From assembly GCA_030649735.1 (NCBI GenBank), contig JAUSFL010000007.1:1-32114 (forward strand): a DNA stretch of 32,114 nucleotides, written 5' to 3'. Shown here in pieces: positions 1-9,604 of this stretch. Made by a program: the position numbers and the translations under genes. Numbering within the stretch: the first letter of the stretch is position 1; each line of letters opens with the position of its first letter. The notes beneath the pieces are model-generated. The model saw only the letters and a program-made list of their open reading frames with translations, made no database searches and was not told the DNA's origin. The stretch comes from Candidatus Iainarchaeum sp. (lineage in GTDB: Archaea > Iainarchaeota > Iainarchaeia > Iainarchaeales > UBA10191).

Positions 1-10
1 GGGCTTTCCA

Positions 11-1153
11 ATGCCCTTTCTTTTTTCTTTTTCTTTATTGTTTTTTTCAACAGCCTTGATTTTTCTGGCGATTGCCAGCTTTACTGACTTGAAATCAAGG
101 GTTGTAAGCAACAGGCTGAATTATTCAATGCTTGCCTTGGGCATTGCATTGCACTTCCTGCAGGCTTTTTTTGAAAGCAATTGGACAATCTTCTATTTCA
201 CAATCGCCTGCGTTATTGCGACTTTTCTTGGCTCTTACTTGCTTTGGAAGCTTGGAGTCTGGGCTGGGGGAGATGTAAAGCTTTTCACTGCTCTCGCGGC
301 CTTGGTTCCCTTAAATCCTGCAGTGATTCCGCAGGCTTTAGGCTATGCGCAAGGAATTTTTGCGCCCTTGCAATTGCCTGTGTTTCCTTTGACTTTGTTC
401 ATTTTCAGCATTTTTAGCATGCTTCCTTTAGGGGTTTTCATTGGAGTTAATGGAATTTTGAAAATCAAAAGGCTCAAGGAAACTCTTTTGAAGGATTTGA
501 ATGCAGTCTTTTTCAATTCATTGTTTTTTGCCTTGGCAATTGCTGGCCTTGAGGGAATTTTCCAAAAGCTGGAAATTTCACTTTTTTTAATCTTTTTGCC
601 GCTTTTGGCAATGGCTTTCTTGAAGGAACGCTTGCGGCTTTTCGCCAGCGTTGCGGCTTTTGCGATAGGGCTTTTTGTTTGGGGGCCTATTGAGGTTTTG
701 TGGATTTTTGCCGGCTCTTTGGCTTCCTTGTTTTTTGTTTCGGCATTCATCAAGGTTTTTTTGCTGAGCAAGCGCGAGGTTTTGGTTGTTGAGAAGAAAG
801 TCTCGCGGCTTGAGGAAGGGGACATTGTTGCAGAATCAGTCATGGAAAGTAATGGAAAAATTTTAACGGCCGCTGGAGCTGGTTTTTCTGAAACTTTTAA
901 ATACTTGAAAACCAATAATCTTGCAGGATTGCTGGAGCGGCTTAATCCTAAAGGAAGGCTGATTGCCGACAGGCATTCTGCCGCCGGCTTGACAGTTGAG
1001 GAATTGAAGGAATTGAAAAAGCTTGCGAGGCTTAAAAAGATTGGCTTGAAAATCAAGGTGAAATTGAGCACGCCTTTTGTGCCTGGAGTGCTTGTTGCAT
1101 TCTTGATTTTGGCTTTCATTAGCGATGTTTTTTGGAGAGTGTTTTTCAAATGA
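11..1153 (+). CDS. A24-family prepilin/class III signal peptidase (EppA-like, extra TM segments)
   Basis: Polytopic membrane protein with first Asp in 'FTDLKSR', GxGD motif 'WAGGDVKLF' and C-terminal 'PFVP'. It is 380 aa and directly upstream of KGQxSxE pilins. Confidence 0.88.
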   Translation: MPFLFSFSLLFFSTALIFLAIASFTDLKSRVVSNRLNYSMLALGIALHFLQAFFESNWTIFYFTIACVIATFLGSYLLWKLGVWAGGDVKLFTALAALVPLNPAVIPQALGYAQGIFAPLQLPVFPLTLFIFSIFSMLPLGVFIGVNGILKIKRLKETLLKDLNAVFFNSLFFALAIAGLEGIFQKLEISLFLIFLPLLAMAFLKERLRLFASVAAFAIGLFVWGPIEVLWIFAGSLASLFFVSAFIKVFLLSKREVLVVEKKVSRLEEGDIVAESVMESNGKILTAAGAGFSETFKYLKTNNLAGLLERLNPKGRLIADRHSAAGLTVEELKELKKLARLKKIGLKIKVKLSTPFVPGVLVAFLILAFISDVFWRVFFK

Positions 1154-1689
1154 GTTTGGGAAAAAAAGGGCAGGCGAGCATTGAGCTGATACTGCTTTTG
1201 GCTGTAGTATTGCTTTTGGTTCAGACAATAATCCTGCCTTCCTTTGAAGCCGCGCAAAAAGCTTCCAGCGATGTTTCAAGCATGGCGATTGTCAGAAGCC
1301 AGGCGCAAAAGCTCGCAAACGCGATTGACTTGGTCGGCTCTTCAAATTCTGGCGCAAAGCAGACAATCCATTTGGTTGTTCCAGCGCATGCAAAAATCGG
1401 CTGCGATTCAAACCCGCCAATAATGCAAATTTATTATCAAGTGCAGCCATACCATGAACTTGGGGTTCCTGAAGTCTGCAAGCACGACTCTGACTTTAGC
1501 GCGTCTTTTCCTTCAGGAAATAATGAAGACTTGTGCACTGGAATAATTCCATTGTCTCTTTCCACTGGCATGACTTTTGACTGCGGGACTTTCTCAAGCG
1601 ATGTGCTTAAGAGGTTTGACAGCAATTCCATATCAGTGACAGTCCAAATAGTGAATGCTTCAGACGTTGTTTCTTTGAATTTAGAGTGA
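1150..1689 (+). CDS. Type IV pilin-like protein with class III signal peptide
   Basis: Start reassigned to ATG 1150 (ATGA overlap with the peptidase stop). MSLGKKG|QASIELILLLAVVLLL has Q+1, E+5 and a hydrophobic helix; the C-terminal domain has 4 Cys. Confidence 0.85.
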   Translation: MSLGKKGQASIELILLLAVVLLLVQTIILPSFEAAQKASSDVSSMAIVRSQAQKLANAIDLVGSSNSGAKQTIHLVVPAHAKIGCDSNPPIMQIYYQVQPYHELGVPEVCKHDSDFSASFPSGNNEDLCTGIIPLSLSTGMTFDCGTFSSDVLKRFDSNSISVTVQIVNASDVVSLNLE

Positions 1690-1696
1690 TTTTTTT

Positions 1697-2050
1697 ATGA
1701 ATTATAGCAAGGGACAGGCAAGTTTTGAATTGATTTTGCTTGTCGCTTTTGTCATAACATTAAGCATTTTGATTGGAAGCTATTTTTTCCAGGATTCTGA
1801 AAACTCCAAGCTATTGGCCAATTCAAAGTCTGTCTTTCTGCGGGAATTAAACAATGAGAATGGATTTTACTCAATCCAGCAGTTTGACCTCGTTAGCTCG
1901 TCTAGCCCTGCAAATAAAACATTGCAAATTTGCCTGATTCCTGCAATTCCGGCTTCTGAAGAATCAATCAAGAATGCAATAAAGGCCGAAGTGCCCGGAA
2001 TTGATGATGTTGTAATTTTAAGCGTTAGCACTTCAAAAAACATCTGCTAG
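1697..2050 (+). CDS. Type IV pilin-like protein with class III signal peptide
   Basis: MNYSKG|QASFELILLVAFVITLSILIG, with Q+1 and E+5. Confidence 0.85.
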   Translation: MNYSKGQASFELILLVAFVITLSILIGSYFFQDSENSKLLANSKSVFLRELNNENGFYSIQQFDLVSSSSPANKTLQICLIPAIPASEESIKNAIKAEVPGIDDVVILSVSTSKNIC

Positions 2051-2109
2051 TAGGACGATTGCCGAAAGCAAGGCCTTTCTTTTAATTCTTTTTCTCCAGT
2101 TTTTAACGA

Positions 2110-2472
2110 ATGATTTCTGAAAAAAACGCGTCAATGATTGCGTTTGCGTTTTCACTCATTGGATTCACAGCATTGCTTTTGCTGAATGCTTTGGAAAGCC
2201 CGCGGGAAATTAAAATTTCTGAAATTCAAGGAATTGATTCCGGAATAGTCCAAGTCAATGCCAGGATTGCCTCAGTCAAGCTTTCAAAAAACGCGTTATA
2301 CCTGCGGCTTTTTGACGGCAATTCCTTGAACGCCATTGTTTACAGCCCTTCGGCAGAGATTTTGCAGGCTGCTGAAGAAAACTCGCTTGTTTCTGCTTCT
2401 GGGGAATTGCGCAAAAACCCAACAGGCAATGGAAAGACATTGATTGTTTCAAGGTTGTGGCGAATTGCTTGA
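2110..2472 (+). CDS. Membrane-anchored OB-fold protein
   Basis: N-terminal TM helix, then an OB-like strand pattern (VQVNARIASV...LYLRLFDG...VSASGEL...LIVSRL). Confidence 0.6.
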   Translation: MISEKNASMIAFAFSLIGFTALLLLNALESPREIKISEIQGIDSGIVQVNARIASVKLSKNALYLRLFDGNSLNAIVYSPSAEILQAAEENSLVSASGELRKNPTGNGKTLIVSRLWRIA

Positions 2473-3670
2473 AATTTTCATTTATGTCATTGCGGGAATT
2501 GCACTAGGCATTTTTTCAGGCTTAACGCCGGGAATTCACTTGAACACAGTGTGCTTTTTTGCAGCGGCCTTTGCACTGCACGGAGACTTCAACATTGTTG
2601 CATTGATTGTTTCAATGAGCATTACCCACTGCTTTGTTGACTTTATCCCAAGCGTTTTTTTGGGCGCGAGCGATAGCACTCAAAACTGCGCTTCAGTCCT
2701 TCCAGGCCACAGGATGTTTTTGGAAGGAAACGCGCTTGAGGCAGTGAAGCTTTCATGCATTGGCTGCCTTTTGGGAGTTTTTTTCTCTTTGATGCTGTCC
2801 ATTGTTTTTGTCAGTTTTGCCCTGCAAATTTCAGGCATTTTCCCAAAATTGATTCCTGCAGTGATTTGCATTGTTTTGCTTTTGATGGTTTTTTCAGAAA
2901 AAACTCTCTTGAAGAAGGCAATGGCATTGTTTGTGATCCTGATTTCAGGCGCGGTTGGGTTTTTGTCATTGAATTTTTCAACCCAGGATTCATTGCTTGC
3001 ATTGGTTTCAGGGTTTTTTGCCGCCGCTGGACTGCTTTGGAGCTTTTTTGAAAAAACTTCCTTCAAGCCGCAAAATACTTGCGAGGCTTTCTTTGAAAAA
3101 AAGCAGACAATTTCTGCGGGCTTTCTTGGGGGAATTGCAGGCAGCATTGTCGCATTGCTGCCTAGCATTGGGCCAAGCGAGGCAGCGTTAATGGTCAGGA
3201 AAGTGGCCGGCGAAATTTCAACAAAATCATACCTTGTTTTGCTTGGCGGCATTTCCACGGCAAACACTGTCTTCGGGTTTTTCGTGCTTTTTTTCTTTTC
3301 CAAAGCCCGCAATGGGCCCGCGGTCGCCATCAGCCAGCTCATCAGGCTTTCTGAAAGCAATTTTCACGCCTTGCTTGCAATAATTGTTTTCTCTGCGGGA
3401 ATTTCATTCTTCATTTCAGTATGGCTTTCAAAAAAAGCACTGGCTTTTTTCCAGAAAATAAATTATTCATTGGCCAATTTGGCTGTCCTGATTTTTTTAA
3501 GCGCATTGGTTTTTGCATTCTCTGGCCTTAAAGGGCTGCTTGTTTTTGCAACTGCCTCAAGCATTGGCTTTTTTGCAATCTCTTCAGGAGTGCGCCGCTC
3601 GAACTGCATGGCTTTCCTGATGCTGCCGACCCTTGCCTTTTACATTAGTGCTTTAATTAACTCTTCCTGA
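2465..3670 (+). CDS. Tripartite tricarboxylate transporter TctA-family (archaeal DUF112) permease
   Basis: 'GIFSGLTPGIHLN', 'FIPSVFLG' and 'SVLPGHRM' motifs, and the internal repeat 'ALLPSIGPSEA'. Likely TTG start at 2465. Confidence 0.85.
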   Translation: MLEIFIYVIAGIALGIFSGLTPGIHLNTVCFFAAAFALHGDFNIVALIVSMSITHCFVDFIPSVFLGASDSTQNCASVLPGHRMFLEGNALEAVKLSCIGCLLGVFFSLMLSIVFVSFALQISGIFPKLIPAVICIVLLLMVFSEKTLLKKAMALFVILISGAVGFLSLNFSTQDSLLALVSGFFAAAGLLWSFFEKTSFKPQNTCEAFFEKKQTISAGFLGGIAGSIVALLPSIGPSEAALMVRKVAGEISTKSYLVLLGGISTANTVFGFFVLFFFSKARNGPAVAISQLIRLSESNFHALLAIIVFSAGISFFISVWLSKKALAFFQKINYSLANLAVLIFLSALVFAFSGLKGLLVFATASSIGFFAISSGVRRSNCMAFLMLPTLAFYISALINSS

Positions 3671-3680
3671 AAAATCTGTC

Positions 3681-4043
3681 ATGAAATTCAAGAAAGGCCT
3701 TTTAGAGGCATTGTGCGAGGCGGCAAAGTCAGTCTATCCTGACGAGTTTCTTGCAATGCTTTCAGTCAAGAAAGACTTGGCGCTTGTTGAAGAGTTTGTT
3801 GTAGTTCAAGCAATTTTTGGAAAAAACTTTTCCTCATTCCAGCCTGACTTGCTTCCTTTTGATTCCAAGATTGTCGGGACAATCCATTCCCATCCTTCAA
3901 GAAACAACAGCCCGTCGCAGGCTGACCTGCGGGTTTTTGCAGGGGGCAGAGTAAATTTAATAATTGGCTTGCCCTATGCTTTAGACAGCATCAGAGCATT
4001 TGACAATTTTGGAAAGGAATTAAGTCTTGAAATAATGGAGTGA
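3681..4043 (+). CDS. JAB/MPN+ (JAMM) metalloprotease domain protein
   Basis: E...HSHPS-x4-PSQAD JAMM motif. Confidence 0.9.
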   Translation: MKFKKGLLEALCEAAKSVYPDEFLAMLSVKKDLALVEEFVVVQAIFGKNFSSFQPDLLPFDSKIVGTIHSHPSRNNSPSQADLRVFAGGRVNLIIGLPYALDSIRAFDNFGKELSLEIME

Positions 4044-4049
4044 TGAATA

Positions 4050-5273
4050 ATGCCTGAAAAAATCCTTCTCATTGTAATGGACGGCCTTGGAGACAGGCCT
4101 TTAAAGCAGCTTGAAGACCAGACTCCGCTGGAAGCCGCTGAAAAGCCAAACTTGAACAAGCTTGCAAGAAAGGGAATCACTGGCTTAATGAACCCTTGCG
4201 GGGTTGGAGTAATGCCTGGAAGCGATGTTGCGCAATTTGCTGTTTTGGGCTTTGAGCCTGAAAAAGTCTATTTCGGCCGCGGGCCTTTAGAGGCCTTGGG
4301 AGTCAATTTTCCACTGCAAAAAGCAGACATTGCATTTAGGGTGAATTTTGGGACAATTGATGAAAAAGGAATTATAGTTGACAGGCGTGCCGGAAGAATT
4401 GCTTCAGTAATTGATTTTTGCAAAGAATTGGATGGAGTGACAATTGACAAGGTAAAGTTTTGCCTGAAGCCGACCACTGGCCACAGGGCAGTGCTTGTAA
4501 TGCAGGGAAAAGGATTAAGCCCTAAAGTATCAAATTCAGACCCAAAGCTCATTAGAGTTAAGCCCTTGCCTGTGAAGCCTTTGGACCAAAGCAAGGAAGC
4601 AAAGTTCACAGCGCAGGCTTTGAACAAGTTTTTGGAAAAAGCCGCGAAAGCATTGGAAAAAAGCCCAGTGAATTTGAAAAGGGCAAAGGACAATTTGCCA
4701 TTGGCAAACTGCATTCTCGCAAGAGGCGCTGGAAGAATGCACGAGCTTGAAACTTTCGAGCAAAAATTCGGCTTGAATGCTGCCTGCATTGCAGGCGGCG
4801 CATTATACAAGGGAATTGCAAGGTCTTTGGGAATGAAGGTTTTTGAAAATCCTGCATTCACTGGAAAGGCAGACACTGACTTGAACGCAAAGCTCGAGCA
4901 GGCAGTGAACTGCCTGAAAGACTTTGATTTTGTGTTCTTGCACATTAAAGCCACTGACTCTTTTGGGGAAGACGGCGACTTCATTGGAAAGAAAGAATTC
5001 ATTGAAAGAGTCGACAAGGCCTGCCGTTCCTTGCCTGAATTGCAGAATGCAGTGATTGCAATAACTGGCGACCATTCAACGCCTTGCGCTTTGAAAAAGC
5101 ATTCTGCAGACCCTGTTCCTTTATTGGTTTACGGGCCTAACATCAGGGTTGACCCGGTAACGAACTTTTCTGAAAGAAGCTGCGCTCACGGCGCGATTGG
5201 AAGAATCAAGGGAATTGAGCTTGTTCCAGAACTGATAAACCTTGCGGGCAGAAGCAAAATTTACGGCGCCTGA
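4050..5273 (+). CDS. apgM: 2,3-bisphosphoglycerate-independent phosphoglycerate mutase, archaeal type
   Basis: 'DGLGDRP...TPLEAA.KPNL', 'PGSD', 'GRGPLEA', 'DRRAGRI', 'TGDHSTP' and 'HSADPVP' motifs. Confidence 0.93.
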   Translation: MPEKILLIVMDGLGDRPLKQLEDQTPLEAAEKPNLNKLARKGITGLMNPCGVGVMPGSDVAQFAVLGFEPEKVYFGRGPLEALGVNFPLQKADIAFRVNFGTIDEKGIIVDRRAGRIASVIDFCKELDGVTIDKVKFCLKPTTGHRAVLVMQGKGLSPKVSNSDPKLIRVKPLPVKPLDQSKEAKFTAQALNKFLEKAAKALEKSPVNLKRAKDNLPLANCILARGAGRMHELETFEQKFGLNAACIAGGALYKGIARSLGMKVFENPAFTGKADTDLNAKLEQAVNCLKDFDFVFLHIKATDSFGEDGDFIGKKEFIERVDKACRSLPELQNAVIAITGDHSTPCALKKHSADPVPLLVYGPNIRVDPVTNFSERSCAHGAIGRIKGIELVPELINLAGRSKIYGA

Positions 5274-5323
5274 ATCCACGCTAGATTTAAATAACTAAAA
5301 CCACTTCCAGAATACTGAACACC

Positions 5324-5950
5324 ATGAATTCTAAAGGCCAGTTGTTTTCGCTGGATTTCATAATCGCAGTGGCTTTGATAATGCTTGCCATTGGCCTGCT
5401 TTACAAGCAGGCTGAATTGTTCCAGTACTCGCAAAAAGATGACTCAATCCAGTCAGAGCTTTACAGGATAGGGTATAACGCGAGCAACCAATTGGTCGGA
5501 AACCCAGCAACGACTTGCGAACTTGTAGATCTTGCAGGGCCTTCAGCAGGCCATATTGATTATTTGCCAAACTGCCTTACAGTAAGCCCGGGAAACATTC
5601 CTCCAGGAGTCAGGCACGGGTGGTATAAAAACCACAGGACGAATGCGAGAGTTATCCTAAAGGAAGATTTGGGAATTCCTGAAGGTTATGATTGCAAAAT
5701 AGACTTTTCTACAAACCCTCCTTTAGGCGGGGGCAAAAGGATTTTGATAGCTCCGGGAAATTTGGGGTGCAATGGAGACCCTTTAAATGTTCCTAATATC
5801 TTCTCAATCAAAAGAAGCGTGGTTTTTTTGGATAATTCAAGCCCTGACGGGCTTAGTCAAATTTCAAAGTCAGAATTCAATTCTTGCGTTACTATTGGAA
5901 CTTGTCCCCTAAAGCCAGCAACATTTTCATTGCAGGTGTGGAAAACATGA
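5324..5950 (+). CDS. Pilin-like protein, class III signal peptide variant (D at +6)
   Basis: MNSKG|QLFSLDFIIAVALIML, followed by a Cys- and Pro-rich extracellular domain. Confidence 0.75.
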   Translation: MNSKGQLFSLDFIIAVALIMLAIGLLYKQAELFQYSQKDDSIQSELYRIGYNASNQLVGNPATTCELVDLAGPSAGHIDYLPNCLTVSPGNIPPGVRHGWYKNHRTNARVILKEDLGIPEGYDCKIDFSTNPPLGGGKRILIAPGNLGCNGDPLNVPNIFSIKRSVVFLDNSSPDGLSQISKSEFNSCVTIGTCPLKPATFSLQVWKT

Positions 5951-6249
5951 ATAAGGGGTTTATGTTCAGCATTGACGCCTTGCTTGCGATTGCATTGATT
6001 GTTTCAGCAAGCCTTGCTTTTGCAATGCTAGTCCAAGAGTCTGACTCTGAGCTTTTGCTGGCGCAGGACAAAAGAATTGCCGCAAGCGATGACGCCATTG
6101 TAGGATTTTACTTGAAAAACATTACTAATGTTCCTGCTGGCGTTAGCTCTTTTATTGACTCCAAAAAAACAGCGTATTGCTCAAAGGCTTACTATTATGA
6201 TTTTTCAACAACTAATGTCGCTTCAGTGGATTTTTGCGAGGGAAATTAA
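5947..6249 (+). CDS. Pilin-like protein, class III signal peptide variant
   Basis: Start reassigned to ATG 5947 (ATGA overlap). MNKG|FMFSIDALLAIALIV. Confidence 0.75.
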   Translation: MNKGFMFSIDALLAIALIVSASLAFAMLVQESDSELLLAQDKRIAASDDAIVGFYLKNITNVPAGVSSFIDSKKTAYCSKAYYYDFSTTNVASVDFCEGN

Positions 6250-6734
6250 TGAATTCCAAAGGCTCTTTTTCAGCAATTGTCGCTGTTTCATTGGTTGTTT
6301 TGATAGCGGCGATTGGATTCACTTTTTATTCAAACGGAGTTTCCCAAAAGGCTTTGCTTGAACAGCAGGATTCTTTAGAGTTAAGGAATCAGTGGGCTCA
6401 AACAAGGTTTTTGCTTGACAAGGCAGTGGCGAAAGCGCTTTCAGAACATACAGTTTACGCCGTAACTTGCACGGTTTACAGCTTTGACAGCGCTAATGTC
6501 AGCGCTTATTTCACTACTGTTTTGAATAATACGAAAAGCTCTGTTATATGCAGCATTCCGGCATCAGGCGCCGGAAGCCTTATTGTGACAAGTCCGTCAA
6601 ATATTGCTTTCAAGCTGACTTGCTCTAAAGCCGGATTGTCTTATTCTGATTCAGTAATTTTTGAGAAGGAAGTGCGGGCAGGCACTGGCTGTGAAGTCTG
6701 GGACATTCAAGGCGATGCGTTTAAGGACGTTTAA
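6249..6734 (+). CDS. Pilin-like protein, class III signal peptide variant
   Basis: Start reassigned to ATG 6249 (TAATG overlap). MNSKG|SFSAIVAVSLVVLIAAIG; 4 Cys. Confidence 0.68.
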   Translation: MNSKGSFSAIVAVSLVVLIAAIGFTFYSNGVSQKALLEQQDSLELRNQWAQTRFLLDKAVAKALSEHTVYAVTCTVYSFDSANVSAYFTTVLNNTKSSVICSIPASGAGSLIVTSPSNIAFKLTCSKAGLSYSDSVIFEKEVRAGTGCEVWDIQGDAFKDV

Positions 6735-7516
6735 TCCAGCAGTTTGATCACTTTTTTTCCGACAGAGCTTCCGTACTGCATTGCCTTTTTTGGCCTGTTG
6801 TAGGAAATTTCCGGGACTCCAATTTTTTCAGCGAGCTTTCTCAACGCGTGCTTTCTCAAAAAATCGTCTTTTGAATGGATTTTTTCCTTTGCTGGAATTT
6901 TAAGGCAGAATTTAGCGAATTCTTTTTCGCAAAAAGGCAGCCGTAATTCCAGCCCAAGGCTTTTTGCAATTGCATTGTCTCTTTTCAAGTCAACTCTTGC
7001 GGCTTTTGCAAAAAGCCTTTTGCATTCTGCATTCACTGACTTAAGCCCTTTTTCTTCAACAGTTTTTCTAAAGCGGTCATAGCCTGCGAAAAGCTCGTCT
7101 CCGCCTTGGCCCATGAAAATGACTTTGAATCCAGAGTCTTTTGCGGCTTTCATTGCAAAAAATTCTGAAACTCCAATTTGCAGGTTTAATGAGTCATCAA
7201 GGCCTAAAGGGGCAAGAATTTTTCTCACTTGCGAAAGAGCCGGCCCGATTTCTTTTTCTGAAATTATTTTTTCAACAAGCTCTAAATTCATTTCTGCAGA
7301 GCTTTTTTCGGCAAACTTCAGGTCTTGCGAATTTTCCAGTCCGGCACAAAACAATACTGTTTTTGAAACTTTTGCAGAAACTGCCTTTGCAATGACTGCA
7401 GAGTCAACGCCTGCAGAAAAAAGCACACCCGCCTTTTTCAGTCCTTCAGCGCTTTTTTCAATTGCTTTCCAGAATTCAATTTCCAATTTTTGCGCGCCAG
7501 AATCCATAAGAATCAT
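6731..7516 (-). CDS. Stand-alone asparagine synthase C-terminal (PP-loop ATP pyrophosphatase) domain protein
   Basis: 'LFSAGVDS' PP-loop, 'GQGGDELFAGY', 'ELRLPF' and 'RPKKAMQYGS'. No N-terminal Ntn glutaminase domain. Confidence 0.85.
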   Translation of the reverse strand: MILMDSGAQKLEIEFWKAIEKSAEGLKKAGVLFSAGVDSAVIAKAVSAKVSKTVLFCAGLENSQDLKFAEKSSAEMNLELVEKIISEKEIGPALSQVRKILAPLGLDDSLNLQIGVSEFFAMKAAKDSGFKVIFMGQGGDELFAGYDRFRKTVEEKGLKSVNAECKRLFAKAARVDLKRDNAIAKSLGLELRLPFCEKEFAKFCLKIPAKEKIHSKDDFLRKHALRKLAEKIGVPEISYNRPKKAMQYGSSVGKKVIKLLD

Positions 7517-9291
7517 TTGCCGTAAAAGTACTCGCCTGATTTTTTCTGCTCTTGGTCAAGCACTGAATCCTGTTTGTTGATTCGCGGCCTTCCGCTTTCT
7601 GCATCCCTGCGCATTGTAATCCCCTGCATTTTCAGGAAAGAATTCATTCCGTCACGCATGCTTTTTGGCTCCAAGGCCTTTCCTTCAATGCCTGGAATTC
7701 CTTCAAAAACAATTATCCTGTTGCTTACAAAATCCTGGAATAAAATGTCGTGGTCCACGACAAAGGCCGCCTTTTTTTTAATGTCAATGATTCTTCTGAT
7801 GCAGCTTGCTGCCTGAAGCCTTTGTTCTACATCCAAGAATGCCGAAGGCTCGTCCAAAAGATACAAGTCTGCGTTTGCGCGTGAAAGGCAAAGCGCTATT
7901 GCGACTCTCTGCAGTTCTCCTCCAGAGAGCTTGTCAAGGCTTTTTTCCATTAGCGCTTCAATGTTCAGGCGCTTTTTCACTTCTCCATTGAATAATTCTG
8001 AGTCAATGCTTGGGCTGTTGAATAATTCTCTTACAATTACTCCCTTTTTTGCGCTGATGTACTGCGGCTTGTAGGAAACGCTTTTTTTGAATTCAATTCC
8101 TTTATTGTCTGCCTTCAAAAGCCCTGCGAGCATTTTCACGAAAGTTGTTTTTCCAATTGCGTTAGGCCCTAAGATTCCCAAGACTTCGCCTTCCTTGATG
8201 ATTCCTGCGTTTGTCTCCAGCCTGAAACTTCCCAAGGATTTCTGCAATTTAGGGTATTCCGCAATTATTTTGGACTTGGTTATTTCTGAAGGCGGCTTGA
8301 TGTCAAACTTTAATTCAGTGCTTCTGAAGCGCAGGTTTTCGTCCTTCAAGTAGCCTTCCAAGAATTCGTTAATGCCTGCTTTCACTGTTTTTGGATTGCT
8401 TATGACCCCAAAAGCGCCTGGAGTGCCGAAAAACAAGTGAATTGTGTCGGACAGGTAGTCCAATACTGCCAAGTCGTGCTCTATTACAATAACGCTTTTT
8501 TCCAATGCAAGTTCGCGCAGTATTTTAGCCACTTTAAGCCTTTCTGAAACATCAAGGTAGTTTGAAGGCTCGTCAAAAAAGTACAATTCTGCATTTTGCA
8601 TTATTGCCGTGGCAATTGCCGCCCTTTGGAGCTCTCCGCCTGAAAGCTGCGAGAGCTTTCTTTGCATTATTTTTTTCAAATCCAATTTTTTTTCCAATTC
8701 TTGCAGGATTTTTCTTTCATCTTTTTCCTTAAGCCATTCTTCAAGGCTTTTTTCAATTTCAGAAAGTTCTGTAATGTTCTGCTGCTTTAGCGCCAGCCTC
8801 ATTTTCTTGCCATAGAGTTTTTTGAAGAATGCCTGGATTTCCTTTCCTTTAAAGTATTCGATTATTTTTTTTTGCTCTTGAGGCTTTGAAAAATCCCCCA
8901 AGTTTGGCACAATGCTGCCTGAAAGAATGTTGATGCAGGTTGTTTTTCCGCAGCCGTTCTGGCCCAAAAGCCCGACAATGCTTTTTTCCTTTGGAACCGG
9001 AAGCCTGTAAAGCCTGAAAGAGTTTTTTCCATACTGGTGTATTGGTTCTTTCAAGTTCAATGAAAGGTTTTCCACAGTGATCGCCTTGAAAGGGCATTTT
9101 TTAACGCACAAAAGGCAGGCCACGCAAAGCTCTTCAGAAATTGCCGGCTTTAATCCCTGCTCGTGCTTTATGCATTCTTTTTGCATTCTGTTGACTGGAC
9201 AGACCTTTTCGCAAAGGTAAAAGCCGCATTTTTCAAAATTGCACAAGTCATAGTCAATGACTGCAATTCTTTTCCTCAAGTCTTGTGGCAT
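7513..9291 (-). CDS. rli: Ribosome recycling ATPase ABCE1/RLI
   Basis: N-terminal 2x[4Fe-4S] Cys cluster, two ABC NBDs (GQNGCGKTT and GPNAIGKTT, LSGGELQR twice, DEPS twice), and C-terminal 'GRPRINK'. Confidence 0.96.
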   Translation of the reverse strand: MPQDLRKRIAVIDYDLCNFEKCGFYLCEKVCPVNRMQKECIKHEQGLKPAISEELCVACLLCVKKCPFKAITVENLSLNLKEPIHQYGKNSFRLYRLPVPKEKSIVGLLGQNGCGKTTCINILSGSIVPNLGDFSKPQEQKKIIEYFKGKEIQAFFKKLYGKKMRLALKQQNITELSEIEKSLEEWLKEKDERKILQELEKKLDLKKIMQRKLSQLSGGELQRAAIATAIMQNAELYFFDEPSNYLDVSERLKVAKILRELALEKSVIVIEHDLAVLDYLSDTIHLFFGTPGAFGVISNPKTVKAGINEFLEGYLKDENLRFRSTELKFDIKPPSEITKSKIIAEYPKLQKSLGSFRLETNAGIIKEGEVLGILGPNAIGKTTFVKMLAGLLKADNKGIEFKKSVSYKPQYISAKKGVIVRELFNSPSIDSELFNGEVKKRLNIEALMEKSLDKLSGGELQRVAIALCLSRANADLYLLDEPSAFLDVEQRLQAASCIRRIIDIKKKAAFVVDHDILFQDFVSNRIIVFEGIPGIEGKALEPKSMRDGMNSFLKMQGITMRRDAESGRPRINKQDSVLDQEQKKSGEYFYGK

Positions 9292-9344
9292 AAAATTCCT
9301 TAATTTACCTTAAAAAACCAGAAAAAGATTTTCTTTAAAGTTTT

Positions 9345-9542
9345 TTAATTCGCTAAAAGCAATGCTCCAATGAGCAATAGCATTAATGCAAACGCCATTA
9401 TCACGCCGTTTATTGTAACGCTTGCCATGTCAATGACTGCTTTTGCAGGATTTGCAGGCCCGTTGAATATCAGCAAAAACTCTCCCGCAAGGACTGCTAG
9501 TGAAATTACTATAGCTATTAGGCTGGTCCTGTTGAATCCCAT
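9345..9542 (-). CDS. Small two-TM membrane protein
   Basis: 65 aa with two hydrophobic helices; GGTGA Shine-Dalgarno upstream. Confidence 0.65.
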   Translation of the reverse strand: MGFNRTSLIAIVISLAVLAGEFLLIFNGPANPAKAVIDMASVTINGVIMAFALMLLLIGALLLAN

Positions 9543-9604
9543 ATTCGCATCACCTTAATATTAAGTTCCAGTTTTAGATTTATAAAGCGTAATGGTGCAT
9601 TGTT

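Noticed and set aside
4940-4985. ApgM metal-ligand variant 'TDSFGEDGD' (Glu where many homologues have His)
   Set aside because: I recall GEDG variants in other ApgM homologues, and all other motifs are intact, so this is not evidence of inactivation.
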